Of a stretch of 64,000 nt of DNA, positions 24,602-38,169 are shown one piece after another (the stretch's first letter is position 1; every line of letters begins with the position of its first letter). The position numbers and the translations under genes were made by a program. Source of the stretch: Octopus sinensis (Eukaryota); the NCBI RefSeq assembly GCF_006345805.1, contig NC_042999.1, forward strand, positions 167,958,001-168,022,000, read 5' to 3'. Below the pieces are notes generated by a model. It did not search any database. It saw only the letters and a program-made list of their open reading frames with translations, and was not told the origin of the DNA.

Positions 24602-27044
24602 TTAAGTTAATCTTTAAACATAGTTATCAGATTTTTATGAATGGATTATTAACTGATACATATTTATTTGTTTATTATATTGTTATTAAAATATATTGTA
24701 TATATATTTCCTAATTATTGATAATCATTGAAAGTGATTGTAAGGATGTGTCAATATGTCATATTAGTTGTCAATGTGAACTCCATTTTCCCATAATAAT
24801 ACAGATTGTTATTGAAACATTATTATAGGTTCTGAAACTAATTTATCATATCTTTCCGTTGTAGTTTAGTCCCATATTAACTTGAATCATATTTTATCCT
24901 TAGTTTAGTTTATTACTGAATGTATTTCATAATGGCTGAGTATAGTTCATGGGTGCTGAATATAGCCAATGACAGTTCTTAAATTTTTCTGAGACTAAAT
25001 GTTTAGCATAGTTAAAGTTAGGATTTTAGAAATCATTTGCTCTTGATAAGTCATTCGTCTAAGCTTTTAAGACATATCCATATTTAAATCAAGTGTGAAT
25101 GCAATCACAAATGACTCATGATACAGAATCATAACAACAACAAAAAAAAACATTAGCTGTGTCATAGGAATTATCTATATTTGCATATACACTTAATTCT
25201 AAAATACAAACGTATATTTTTATTTTCAATTCATATCTAGTTCTCAAGCAACTTTAATTTAATTTACTTGTAATGTTTCCTGAATAACACTGTGTAACAC
25301 GATTTTTGTCCTTGGGTAGCAACTGTTATTTCCTATTTGCTTACCCCTAGGAAGTATGAAAAATGGTTAACTTTCCTTCAAACTTTGCTTTTGTTACATT
25401 TATTCAAACCCCAAAGAATCCCCCTCAACACATGGCTATGATGCTCCCCTACTACTCCTGTTCATGATCAGAGAAGCACGTATTGTCAGCCACTAAGAGA
25501 AATGCTCAAGTGATTACAGTCAAGCAACTGACAAGCAAATCCGTGGTATTGAGCAGAATATTTGCTATAACAATATTTCTGCTTCAGCAACTCCGTGATG
25601 AATCTGTCTGAGATGTGATGGAAAATAGGTCAGTTTTAAAACATTGATGTCCAGGTCACAAAACAAACTTTGAAGGGGAAAGTAGTCATTTCCTTTGATT
25701 TCTAAATAGAAGCAAATAGGAAATAACACTTACTGACCAAAGACAAAAAATAAATAAATAAAAATTTTGTTACACAGTGTAATTTAGTAACTATTTTTTA
25801 TTTAGAGTTTTTGATAATTTATAAGATTGAAAATTATTTTCTCACATGAGCTCTTTTGTTATCAAAGTAGTAATACTAGAAGTTCCATATTTTCTACCTT
25901 ATTTTTTCCTTTTGAGCTATGATCTTGTTACCAATCTCAGTAATGCATTGATACACTTTGTCAATGTCACTGAATGGAAATATTAAAGTACTAGACTGCT
26001 GGTCTTATAGTAAGTTCAAACCTTGCTAAAGTCATTGCAGTGTGATTCTAAGCCAAGTATTTTATTCTGCTTGAGTCAGTGGGGCTTATTAACAGTGGGT
26101 TACTTTTGCTTATCAGTTCAATTCTAAGCTGTAAGAATAACTTCAATCTGTCAAAAGATTTGTTCAAGAAGTATGAAAATTTCTATACATATTTACAATG
26201 TAAACCTATCCTACTCATGTAGCATAGAACATGGGTGTAAAACTGTAATAAAGAAATTTATGATAAAGGAAATACATTGATCCAGCCTTGTTAGCTTATC
26301 CTACTACAAACCAATAAAGGAGACGATGTGTCTGTATAGAAGTTTGTCTCTGATAACAGCCTAACATTAAAAACAAATGAAGAAAGGAGAGATAGTTATT
26401 GAAACAATATATTGGAATAACAAGATAATTATCATAGCAGGAATGCATTTGGTTGTCATAGGTCTACTTAATCACGATTGACCTCGGGCTAAACAACAAC
26501 AATAATATACTACCTTCTTTCTAAGCAAATTTTTATTCTTAAAAAAAGACATTCACATGTAAATAAAACCTGCTCCAGGAAACAGAGAGAGAGAGAGAGA
26601 AAGAGATGACAAATTTGTCTAACTTTCACTAATCTAGATAGAAGGTAAAGTAAAATACTTCATAAATACATCAAATGCTATTAAATTACTGGTGCAGTAA
26701 TTGTACACACACTGATAATAGATGCTGAAATATTTAGCTAATTAATGATATCTATTTCTAATACAGCTGTTTTAACCTAATATAGCCACTCTTTCTCAAT
26801 GTTTATTTACAGCATCTCTCTAGTACTGTAATAATGTTCTCAACTGGCCTTTTGCCTCAGTAGCCTGTTTGGTTCTTGTTATAGATAAGTGAAATTGTAA
26901 AGCTAAGAATTATATACAATAATAATAACCTTAGGCATAGGATCTCAAAACTTTGAGCTAACACCTACAAAATTTGACTCCCCCCCCCCACCACCACCAC
27001 CATAAAAAAATACATAAGTAGAATGATATTTTTCAATATATATA

Positions 27045-27088
<44 letters not shown>

Positions 27089-27402
27089 TATACCTCAACA
27101 TATGTCAGTAAATGGTTACAAGACATGCAACTTAACAAAATACAAAAATGATGTAACATGAAAAATACATAAAAAGACATTTAAAACAAATTTATTAGTT
27201 TATATCTGCTTTAAAATGGCTTGTACATATTTTCATATCTATTCTATTTGATTATCCACTTCAATGTTAGTTTTTAGGTTGTTTTTTTTTTCATTTTTAT
27301 GTTTTTAAATGTGTTTTACTGAGGCCGACATAAAGTTGCTGTTTATTTTTTCATTACATTCTAACAAACACAACATAAAGTTGAAAAATATGTTAAGGTA
27401 TG

Positions 27403-27443
<41 letters not shown>

Positions 27444-27898
27444 ACATACACACACTCACATTGGCAGTTTCTTTTCTGATAGCCAATAGTTGTAGAAACA
27501 AAAGATATCATTACTTGTAAGCACTTCCTTTGAGTTTCATAACCATAATGCTAATAATAATACAAGCAACTGATGCAAGTATAGAGTATATAATGAAGTT
27601 GAAGTTATTAAAATTTTAATTTATTACAACTTAAAGTTAAATGACAGTTTTAGTTGCCTTCAGGGATATTCATAATTTTTGTAATATTTGTTCTGAAATT
27701 CTTAGCATTCTTTGCCATAGGTAGGAAAAAAGATATATTTGGAATTTGTTGCTATAAAATTCCAATAATTAATTTTGTAAATGTCCTTAAATATGCAAGA
27801 CATTTAGAATTGAAATAGTGAAAGAACTGTTCTTCTGTAAATGGCACAGTTGTAAGAAATAGGATACTTATAATTTGGTGCTTCACCCAATATTGCAG

Positions 27899-27960
27899 AT
27901 GTCCCTATCAACCAGTGGATGATGTATCTCGTTGTGCTATCATGGAAGACATACCCAATG
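27899..27960 (+). CDS. Alternative EGF C-terminal exon A (atypical Cys5-x10-Cys6)
   Basis: tattgcag|a tgt ... aat g|gtacag; 62 nt = 1+60+1. Encodes CPYQPVDDVSRCAIMEDIPN. Phases fit both neighbours and Arg-Cys6 is kept. Splice sites are weaker than those of exon B. Confidence 0.62.
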
Positions 27961-29477
27961 GTACAGCTTATAAGTCATCAGTTTTGCATTCTGACTTTTG
28001 TGTTGATATTTTAGCATGGCATGCCTTCTGATAGACAATTGTTTCCAATAAAATCTAATTTTTTGATTGCATGTTAAAAGTTTTAAACTAGGCTAAATCA
28101 AAATTATATATATATATATATATATATACATGTGGCAGTTTTGCCTAAGACAGTTTTGCATGGGGTTACACTTACGAAAGGAAAATAATATGCTTCCTAT
28201 AATAATTGAAAATAAAACATTAATCCCACTGCAGAGAGTGTTCTAATTGTATAAGTAATTAACATTGTTACTTATTATTGTTGCATGGGACATACTAAAA
28301 ACATAATGATTACATGGTATGTCCAGCTTAAGTTGGTCTGTGATCTGTTATTTATAATAAGATATGCAGATTTGAAGATAATAATTAATTATTTGTTATT
28401 AACAATCAATAATTGAGACTAGTTGTTATCAATTTGTGTGTGTGTGTGTTTTTTTGTTTTTGTTTTTTATGGGAAGGGATTTTCAAGGTAAGCAGTTTTG
28501 TGATAGCATCTTTACAAGAGCCATTTTTTCAGATTTCTGTAACTTAATGAACAACAACTCAATAAAAAAAACAATTTCATAGAAAATCAACTTTGATTAC
28601 TACCAGCAGTATAACATGCGGCAGTTGCACAATAGCTTAAATATTGTTTTCCACATTAACTTTATAAAAGATTATTACCTCAGTAAATGTGATTTCGTGT
28701 GACCATTCTTATGTATACCTTCATTGATTGAGATAAAGTTAGTCAGATGACAGCAATTTTTGTTGATTTAAAGGTATGAATAAACAGAAACTGTGCTATC
28801 GTAATCAAGCCAACAAGGAAGCCTTTATATGGTCCGTTTATTCTACTGGATATAACAGCTTAATTTCCCTCAAATAACACCTATCCATATTAGAGGGACA
28901 TATGGTCTTAGGTGCATTGTGGCAAGAAAAGGCTAGATATAAAGTTGCTTTGATCATAATTAACCAGCTACAGCATAAGCTATGTATATGATTGATATGA
29001 TTTTCAGCTCATTCCTGAAAAAAAAGGAGATTAATTATTGATCAAAAGTACTAATAAAAATGGAAGAGAAAATAAGTGTTGTTTTGACGCATTTGTAATC
29101 TAATTATAAAACATTCTAGTGTTTTTTTTTAAATGTCTATAAACACAAGATCTTAAATATACATTCACTAGATATTAAGTTTCCCATTTCATTATAAGGT
29201 CTTCAAGTTGATTTCAGCAAATATTCATAATTCTTTATGAAAAAAAAAATCATTGCTTAAGAAACAAAAATTCATGTTCATTTTTGAAAAATTGGCTTTA
29301 TGTTTTTGTGAACACTTCCTGATTTTCATGCTGTTTTAATTTTCTATCAATTATTCTCACTAACTCTGTAATAATTAACATTTTAATATACTGTTACTGA
29401 ATTTGGATTTAACTTTTACATTAACATCATATATATGTAAGAATATATATATTCTCACATATATATATATATATTCT

Positions 29478-29526
<49 letters not shown>

Positions 29527-29651
29527 TCACATATATATATATATATATGTGCACACACACATACATGCACATATATACATGCTTATATATAAATGTATAT
29601 GCACTATGCATATATAAATGCATATTCATACATATGCTTATATGATCGTTA

Positions 29652-29936
29652 ACACATGTAGTATACCGAATAGAATGCAACAAATGTAAGGCATTTTATA
29701 TAGGTAGCACAACTCAAATTTTGCATATTCGCATTAAAGAACATTTCAACACACACGCATCCTCATTCAAAAAACACATTGATATATGTAAAAATACCAA
29801 CAAACAAATTAAAGTTACTATTGAAGCCAATGATAGAAATCTCGACAACTTAAGAATTAAGGAAGCTTTGATTATCTATAAATTAAACCCACAAATAAAT
29901 AACAGATTGGAGCTAGGCACGCAATACATAACATGA
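29652..29936 (+). pseudogene. Penelope-type GIY-YIG endonuclease fragment
   Basis: Open frame THVVYRIECNKCKAFYIGSTTQILHIRIKEH..LRIKEALIIYKLNPQINNRLEL: VVY..YIG, catalytic R and E, NPxIN. Confidence 0.85.
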
Positions 29937-30044
29937 CATACACACACAGACACATTTGCTACATATTAGAAAAGAGGGGATGAAAATTGATTTGGGGAGC
30001 GATAAGTTAATAACTGATGTCACAAACATTATCTACATATATTT

Positions 30045-30475
30045 TGTTCTTCACTTGTTTCAGTCATTAGACTGCAGTTATGCAAGCTTGTAGAGTTTCG
30101 TCAGTTTGACCCAAGTACTTATATAGTAAGTCTGGTACATATTGTACTGGTCTTCTTTGCCAAAGTGCCAATGCACAGGCAGCAAACAAACCAACACCAG
30201 TTGTCAAGTGGTGTGGGAGATAAGCACACATGCATACACGCACACACTTATGTATATATACACAATGGACTTGTACATAGTTTCCATCTACTACATTCAC
30301 TCTCAAGGCATTGGTTGGCATTGATCAGCCTGGGTTGTAGCAGAAGACACTTGTCCTGGGTGTTATGCTGTGAGACTGAACTTGATACCATGTGGTTGTA
30401 GAGTGGGTTTCTTAACCACACAACAATACCCATATATATATATATATATATATTTATATTGATATATATATATAT

Positions 30476-30538
<63 letters not shown>

Positions 30539-31208
30539 ACACACACATAAACACATGTATATAGATATATATGCAATCACATAGTTGGGAAGCAAGCTTC
30601 GTAATCTCACACCAATTTTTAATTGACATAAGATTAGTTTGGGTTATTGTCTTAGCCATAATATTGCACAAATTAGAGCAGCACACAATGTTAAAATAAT
30701 AGCGGAATTTTAAAAAAGTGAGTACGATCAAAACAGCCTAATAAATTTTCGAATTTATAACTCCAAACGAAAGAAACTCAAATAAAAGAGAACACTAGAA
30801 AATTAGATGTCGTGGGAAGGGGTTTAAACCCAACTTAACATAAATAATAACGTCAAATCGAATAAAAGTTCAGCTAGAAATAGAACAAAGATCATGTTAT
30901 CTAAAGGAGTAAATGGTAATAATGAACTTGGTGCAAATGAATTTAATTCTATCACGATGGATTAAATTGAAACTAAATCTCTTTTACTCTTTTACTCTTT
31001 CACTTGTTTCAGTCATTTGACTGCGGCCATGCTGGAGCACCGCCTTTAATCGAGCAACTCGACCCCAGGACTTATTCTTTTGTAAGCCAAGTACTTATTC
31101 TATCGGTCTCTTTTGCCAAACCGCTAAGTAACGGGGACATAAACACACCAGCATCGGTTGTCAAGCAATGCTAGGGGGACAAACACAGACACACACATAC
31201 ATATATAT
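30045..31208 (-). mobile_element. Two SINE family A copies (30045-30430 diverged; 30979-31208 tail half only)
   Basis: Family consensus segments separated by (TA)n and unique AT-rich DNA. Confidence 0.75.
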
Positions 31209-31517
31209 ACACATTTGCTACATATTAGAAAAGAGGGGATGAAAATTGATTTGGGGAGCAATAAGTTAATAACTGATGTCACTAACATTCACGAAGAAGA
31301 GAAACGCTTGAAAATTCAAATATAATCATAGAATTATTTTATCTCTGACAAAAAACATCTTTCCAAGGACGGTTCCTTTTTAACCCTGAAGAAGGAACTT
31401 GTATGTCCCAAAATATTGGATACATATAAAACCAAGGATTACCAGGTAACTTACTTTTAGTTTACGTTACCTCATCTTAAAATCTATTTGCATTGTTTGG
31501 CCTTTTACATCTTTCAA

Positions 31518-32035
31518 CATCATCATCGTCATCATCGTCGTTTAACATCCGCTTTCCATGCTAGCATGGGTTGGACGGTTCAACTGGGGTCTGGGAAGCC
31601 AGAAGGCTGCACCAGGCCCAGTCTGATCAGGCAGTGTTTCTACAGCTGGATGACCTTCCTAACACCAACCACTCCGTGAGTGTAGTGGGTGCTTTTTATG
31701 TGCCACCGGCACAGGTGCCAGACGAGGCTGGCTAACGGCCACGATCGGATGGTGATTTTTACATGCCACCGGCATGGAGACCAGACAAAGCTGGCAACGA
31801 CCACAAATCGGATGGTGCTTTTTACGTGCCACCAGCATGGAGGCTAGTCAGGGCGGCACTGGCTACGGTCACATTCGGATGGTTCTCTTATGTTCCACCG
31901 GCACTGGTAACACAGCTACAAATTCCATTGATGTTGATCGATTTTGATTTTGATTTTCACTTGCCTCAACAGGTCTTCACAAGTGGAGTTTTGTGTCCCA
32001 ACAAGGAAAGGAATGCATAAGTGGGCTGGCTGCAC
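31518..32035 (-). mobile_element. RTE 3' UTR fragment
   Basis: Colinear with 13240-13690, including the gtgccaccggca repeats and attttgattttgatttt. Confidence 0.85.
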
Positions 32036-32090
32036 ACACACACATACATGTGATCAAAATGAGGTTCCTTTGAAAGATCTTTGGAGCGTA

Positions 32091-32137
<47 letters not shown>

Positions 32138-32523
32138 TCATACACACATACGTATGTGTAAATCTTCTGAGGTTTACCAGAAGTGATAAATTGCAGGATT
32201 CAATACTCATGTAGGGCACTGGAAATCAGAACATTTTAGTTATAATATATCTAAAAGGCTCCAATTTCCAGCACTCAGAGATACTCATTCCTGATCATCA
32301 GCTGGTAAGCTTGGTTTTTGATTTTCTTATCTGGTTCCCATGGTGATATTATAAATGTCATAAACTTCATTACTAGCAAAGTCATGACATTGCTTGTGAT
32401 GGCGTTTGTGATGTTTGGAATAACATTAGTCAGACAATTATGCCAGGGAGATAAGAAACAAATGACACCACTTGTATTATGGTGATACTTGTCTACAACC
32501 ATCATGGAATATTAAATCCAATG

Positions 32524-32555
<32 letters not shown>

Positions 32556-32565
32556 CACATACATA

Positions 32566-32717
32566 GGCACTGGTGTGGCTATGTGGTAAAAATCTAGCTT
32601 CCCAACCACATGGTTCTGGGTTCGGTCCCACTGTGTGGCACCTTGGGTGTTCTACTATAGCCTCAGGCTGAGCAATGCCTTATGAGTGGATTTGGTAGAT
32701 GGAAACTGAAAGAGGTC

Positions 32718-32755
<38 letters not shown>

Positions 32756-33220
32756 GAGTCTGTGTTTGTTCCCCCACCACCACATGACAACCAATATTGG
32801 TGTGTTTACCTTCCTGTAACTTAGCAGTTTGGCAAAAGAGACTGATAGAATAAGTACTAGGCTTACAAAGAATAAGTCCTAGGGTTGATTTCCTTGATAA
32901 AACCCTTAAGGCAGTGTTCCAGCATGGCCGCAGTCAAATGATTGAAACAAATAAAATAATATATACATTCTTTTATTCTTTGACTTGTTTCAGTCAATTT
33001 AATTGCGGCCATGTTGGAGCACCACCTCTAGTTGAACAAATCAACCTCAGGACTTATCTTTTGTAAGCCTGGTATTTATTCTATCTTCCACTTTTGCTGA
33101 ACTGCTAAGTTTCAGGGACATAACACACCAACATCAGTTGTCAAGCAATGGTTGGGTGACAAACATATATATATATATGATGGGCTTCTTTCAGTTTCTG
33201 TCTACCAAATCCACTCACAG
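32566..33220. mobile_element. Tail-to-tail SINE family A pair (+ 32566-32957, - 32968-33220)
   Basis: The + copy ends gtcaaatgattgaaacaa; the - copy begins ttgtttcagtcaa about 10-30 nt later. Confidence 0.8.
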
Positions 33221-34576
33221 CATGCTTCTTAACACACCAGAGTTTGTATGATTCTGTATAGATAAATATGTTGGTCATTGAAATTCCGATATAATCTGAT
33301 TTTCACGTTTTATTTTCTTATATTTTACAATTTTACAATACTACGTATTACAACAATACAAGTACTTTCAAGCTTTTCGCAATAGTAAGGTTCATGTAGT
33401 AAAAGTATTGTGAAGGACAACTATAAGTTGATACTACATAAACTTTATACTACTGCTACTACGTAAACCCAAAGATTAAAGAAAACAGGAAAATATTTCT
33501 TTTATTATAATATGTAATTTTATAAAAAGTATAAAAACTAAATCTGGAAATCAGACCATGTTGGAATTTCATTGACTAATATATTATATCATCAAGTAGT
33601 ATAACTGCTCAGAATGTTACCATCAGTTTCACAATGACTGTTGCACTTTACAATACTGATGATTCTTCAGAGATGGCAGCCAGAAGTCTCATTGATATTG
33701 TCAAGTATGAAACCAATGATAACATTTTCACTAGTTATAAGCAACAACCAATTATATATTGCTTGACAATATATATAAAAATATAATTGCTGTCTCATGA
33801 GTGTCCATTATGTTTTTTCAATTATGGACAGTTAATTATACACACACACACATACATTTCCACTTGTATGTATATGTGTTTAATTGTATATAGATATGTG
33901 TGTGTGTGAATGCTTATGCGTGTATAAGTTTTGTGTGTGTGTATAATATGCATACGCATGTAACATACATATATGTACATATGCAATAGGGGTATGATTC
34001 CATTGTGTGGTATCTTGAGTAGGTGTTTTCTACCTTAGCTTCAGGCTAACCAAAACCTTGTGAGTCAGTTTGCTAGATGGAAACTGTAGATAGATATTTG
34101 TGTGTGTGTGTGTGTGTTTGAAAAAAGAAAAAGAATGGGAGATTTAAAAAGAAAAATTTTTTTTTCTTAAATTTTCTTGTTAACTTTTTTGGAGAACTTT
34201 CTCGCATTCGTTGTCAAACAGATCTGAGGATTTGGGGTTTTGTGATTCTATATATGAGGTTTGGGTGTGTTTGGGGTTTGTTAATCAGTGTGGGAGTGAA
34301 AGACTGTCCATGAATGATAGCTGAAAGAAAGTAGTGAATGGTCAACACAAGATACTTGATTGGGGGTGGAGTTGGGAGGTGGTAGAGTTTTAAAGGAGTG
34401 TTTTGTGAAGCCATTTTTTTTTCGTTTTTCTTTGTGGTATCAGTTTTACATAATGTTTATGACATTGAGATGAAATTAAATGGTGATCAAATAGCAAAAG
34501 TGTCTCTTGATACCATGTGGTTGGTAAAGATATGAGTAGATAGTATGAAGTACATACTGATAATAATGTGTGTGTA

Positions 34577-35710
34577 TACTCTTTTACTTGTTTCAGTCAT
34601 TTGACTGCGGCCATGCTGGAGCACCAGCTTTAGTACTTATTCTATCGGTCTCTTTTTGCCGAACCGCTAATTGACGGGGACGTACACACACCAGCATCGG
34701 TTGTCAAGCAATGCTAGGGGGACAAACACAAACACACACACATATACATATATATACATATATACGACAGGCTTCTTTCAGTTTCCGTCTACCAAATCCA
34801 CTCACAAGGCATTGGTCGACCCGGGGCTATAGCAGAAGACACTTGCCCAAGATGCCACGCAGTGGGACTGAACCCGGAACCATGTGGTTGGTTAGCAAGC
34901 TAATTACCACACAGCCACTCCTGCGCCTGGATGTATGCATATCTTTTATCTTGCTCAAGGTGCCACACAATGGGACAGAATCCAAAACCATAAGGTTGGA
35001 AGCAAGCTTCTTGCAACACAGCCACACAACACAGGAGTGTTGGATAAGATTGGTTACATAAGAAGCAGTGTAGAATGAACAGTTGAGTTCCATTTCTATC
35101 CTTATTCACACTATTAGTTCAGTACTGTGAGAGTAAGAAGAGGAATGAGTGATTGAAACGGTAAGGATTAATGACATTAGTGATCAAGATAAGAATGATG
35201 GTGACATGGGTGACATGTGACATGTGAATGATGATGGTGAGGATGATACTGGGACAAGTGATGAATGATAGGTCTTTTAAAGAGATGAAACCCTGACAGT
35301 ATCTACATGTGCACACACAATCTTTCTTTTACTTATTTCAGTCATTTGATTGTGGCCATGCTGGAGCACTGCCTTTAGTCGAACAAATCAATCCTAGGAC
35401 TTATTCTTTGTAAGCCTAGTACTTATTCTATTGGTCCCTTTTGCCAAACCGCTAAGTTACGGGGATGTAAACACACCAACATCAGTTGTCAAGCGATGGT
35501 AGGGGAATGAACACACACACACACACACACACATAGTATATATATATACTACAGGCTTCTTTCAGTTTCCATCTACCAAATCCACTCATAAGGCTTTGGT
35601 CGGCCCGAGGCTATAGTAGAAGACACTTGCCCAAGGTGCCACACAATGGGACTGAACCCAAAACCATGTGGTTGGGAAGCAAGCTTCTTACCACACAACC
35701 ATTCCTGCAC
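34577..35710 (-). mobile_element. Two SINE family A copies (34577-34928 with internal deletion; 35325-35710)
   Basis: Family consensus; the first copy lacks the gaccccaggacttattctttgtaag segment. Confidence 0.82.
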
Positions 35711-36040
35711 CTATTCATAAATGTATGTGTGTGTATTTGGTAAGTTATTGTCATATTCATGAGAATGTCAAATAGATTGCTTTTTGCATTCAATTCCACT
35801 CTGTGTGCACAGCTAAGAAAGCCCCAGTTCAATGCCTGGGTTAATTCTTTCTTTCTTTTCTTTCTATCTTCCTCTTTCCCTCCGTGAGTTTCACTATGGT
35901 TAAAGAGGAAGACTGATGGGTTCTGCCAGGTTATACTACCCAAGACATCAGAGGTTATAACAGAGCCCCATACTCCATCAGGTGTTGTGTATCCAAGCAA
36001 AGCGTATATATATATATATGCTTTACTTTGACACACAAAA

Positions 36041-36072
<32 letters not shown>

Positions 36073-36074
36073 AT

Positions 36075-36290
36075 AGTTAATCCAAACATGAACAAAGAGA
36101 AAACACAACAGCGCGAGGACATGGAACAAGTATAGTGTTAATGGAAGCTCAGGAAAGGAAAGAAAGAAGGAGGATTTAACGTTTCGAGTGGAGCTCTTCG
36201 TCAGAAACATAGAAAAAGGAAAGGTCCAAGGAAGGGAAGACGGAGAAAGAAAATCGCCAACGATACACACGCAGTCACATATTGAAAATG
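36075..36290 (-). mobile_element. Solo Penelope pseudo-LTR with a minimal hammerhead (36174-36208)
   Basis: - strand tgttt CTGACGA a gag ctcca ctc GAAAC GTT aaa, embedded in TA/TG microsatellite. Confidence 0.7.
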
Positions 36291-36316
36291 TGTGTGTGTG
36301 TGTGTGTATGTATATA

Positions 36317-36367
<51 letters not shown>

Positions 36368-36411
36368 TAAGGGTAGAAATTGATATTAGTCAATTAAAAC
36401 CAGTGGTCTAG

Positions 36412-36457
<46 letters not shown>

Positions 36458-36551
36458 ATATGCACTATCCTTAAAATCCTTAAAATCCTTAAAAATGTTT
36501 TAGCCCAGAGGCTGCAGCCATGCTGGGGCACCACCGCTATATATATATCTT

Positions 36552-36947
36552 TTTTCTTTTACTTGTTTCAGTCATTTTGGCTGCGGCCAGGCTGGAGTAC
36601 CGCCTTTAATTGAGCAACTCGACCCCGGGACTTATTCTTTGTAAGCCCAGTACTTATTCTATCGGTCACTTTTGCCGAACCACTAAGTGACGGGGACATA
36701 AACACCCCAGCATCGGTTGTCAAGCAATGCTAGGGGGACAAACACAGACACACAAACATACACGCACATACATATATATACATATATACGACGGGCTTCT
36801 TTCAGTTTCGGTCTACTAAATCCACTCACAAGGCTTTGGTCAGCCCGAGGCTATAGTAGAAGACACTTGCCCAAGGTGCCACGCAGTGGGACTGAACCCG
36901 GAACCATGTGGTTGGTAAGCAAGCTACTTACCACACAGCCACTCCTG
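36552..36947 (-). mobile_element. SINE family A, young
   Basis: Near-complete match to the family consensus. Confidence 0.88.
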
Positions 36948-37827
36948 TAAAGATCTTAATGTATATTAAACCATACTATTTTCATTCACTTGATATGAAC
37001 AGAAATCTAACACTGCTGATGCATTGTGACATAAAATATATAACCTCTTTGAAACCAGACTTGTTTTTTATATATATTTTTATATATACACAAATAAACT
37101 ATCTATGCATAAAGACCAGCATCAGTAAGTTCAAAGGAAACCAGTCTTTTTCGTTAATATCTTTAGAAATCAGAATTTTTTTTTTAACTTTTAATTTTTA
37201 TTTTAATATGTTAGATGAATTTATATAGTTCTTACTCTGAATTCATGACAACTAAATAAATAGCTTCATGTTTCTAAATATATATTTCCAAGTAAAATAT
37301 ATTTTCATGTTTCATGATTTCAATTTTGCATTGTATAATCTGTGGACGTAGTCTTTTTGTGGGGTCTTTTAAAACTACTTTTATTATCAATCAAAGAATA
37401 ATTATTTAAAGAGAAAAAGTGTTTTACTACTAAGTTCATAATTGCTTTATCACAAGCAATTTTTTTAATCATATATTTTGAGTAATGATAAAAAAAAAAA
37501 TTATAATTCCAGTATTGACTATAAATTAATTTTTTAGATGTATAATCTTCTTGCTGATGGAACAAACTGAATTCATTGAAATAGCATTTCATTTTCATTT
37601 TATTTATTTATTTAGATACATAAGGAAATATATATATATATATATATATATCATCATTTAACATCTGTTTGCCATGCTGGCATGAGTTGGACAGTTTGAC
37701 TGAAAACTGGTAAACCAGGGACCTGCATCAGGTTCTGATCTGATTTGGCAAGGTTTCTACAGCTGGATGCCCTTCCTAATGCCAACCACTCTGAGAGTGT
37801 AGTGGGTGTCTTTTACATGCACAGGTG

Positions 37828-37871
<44 letters not shown>

Positions 37872-38169
37872 TATGTATGCATGCATGTATGAGTAAACAA
37901 TGTTGTGAAGGAAAACACTATTCAGTAAAGAGGCCATAAAATTTTTTAATAGAATAGAGCAGCACATTTAAATGATTTAAGGTTACTCTGATAATTATCA
38001 TATTTCCTCTTTAATTGTTTTATATCTTCACCAATATGGCATTAAAAGAAACAGTCAAAACCAATTCTGTTATTATTTTTAACATCATTATCAAGAGTTA
38101 AAGTATTCACTATCTAAAGCAGGATATGTTTGTAGAGGGTTTGTGATAATTTTTAACGACCCTTTAACC

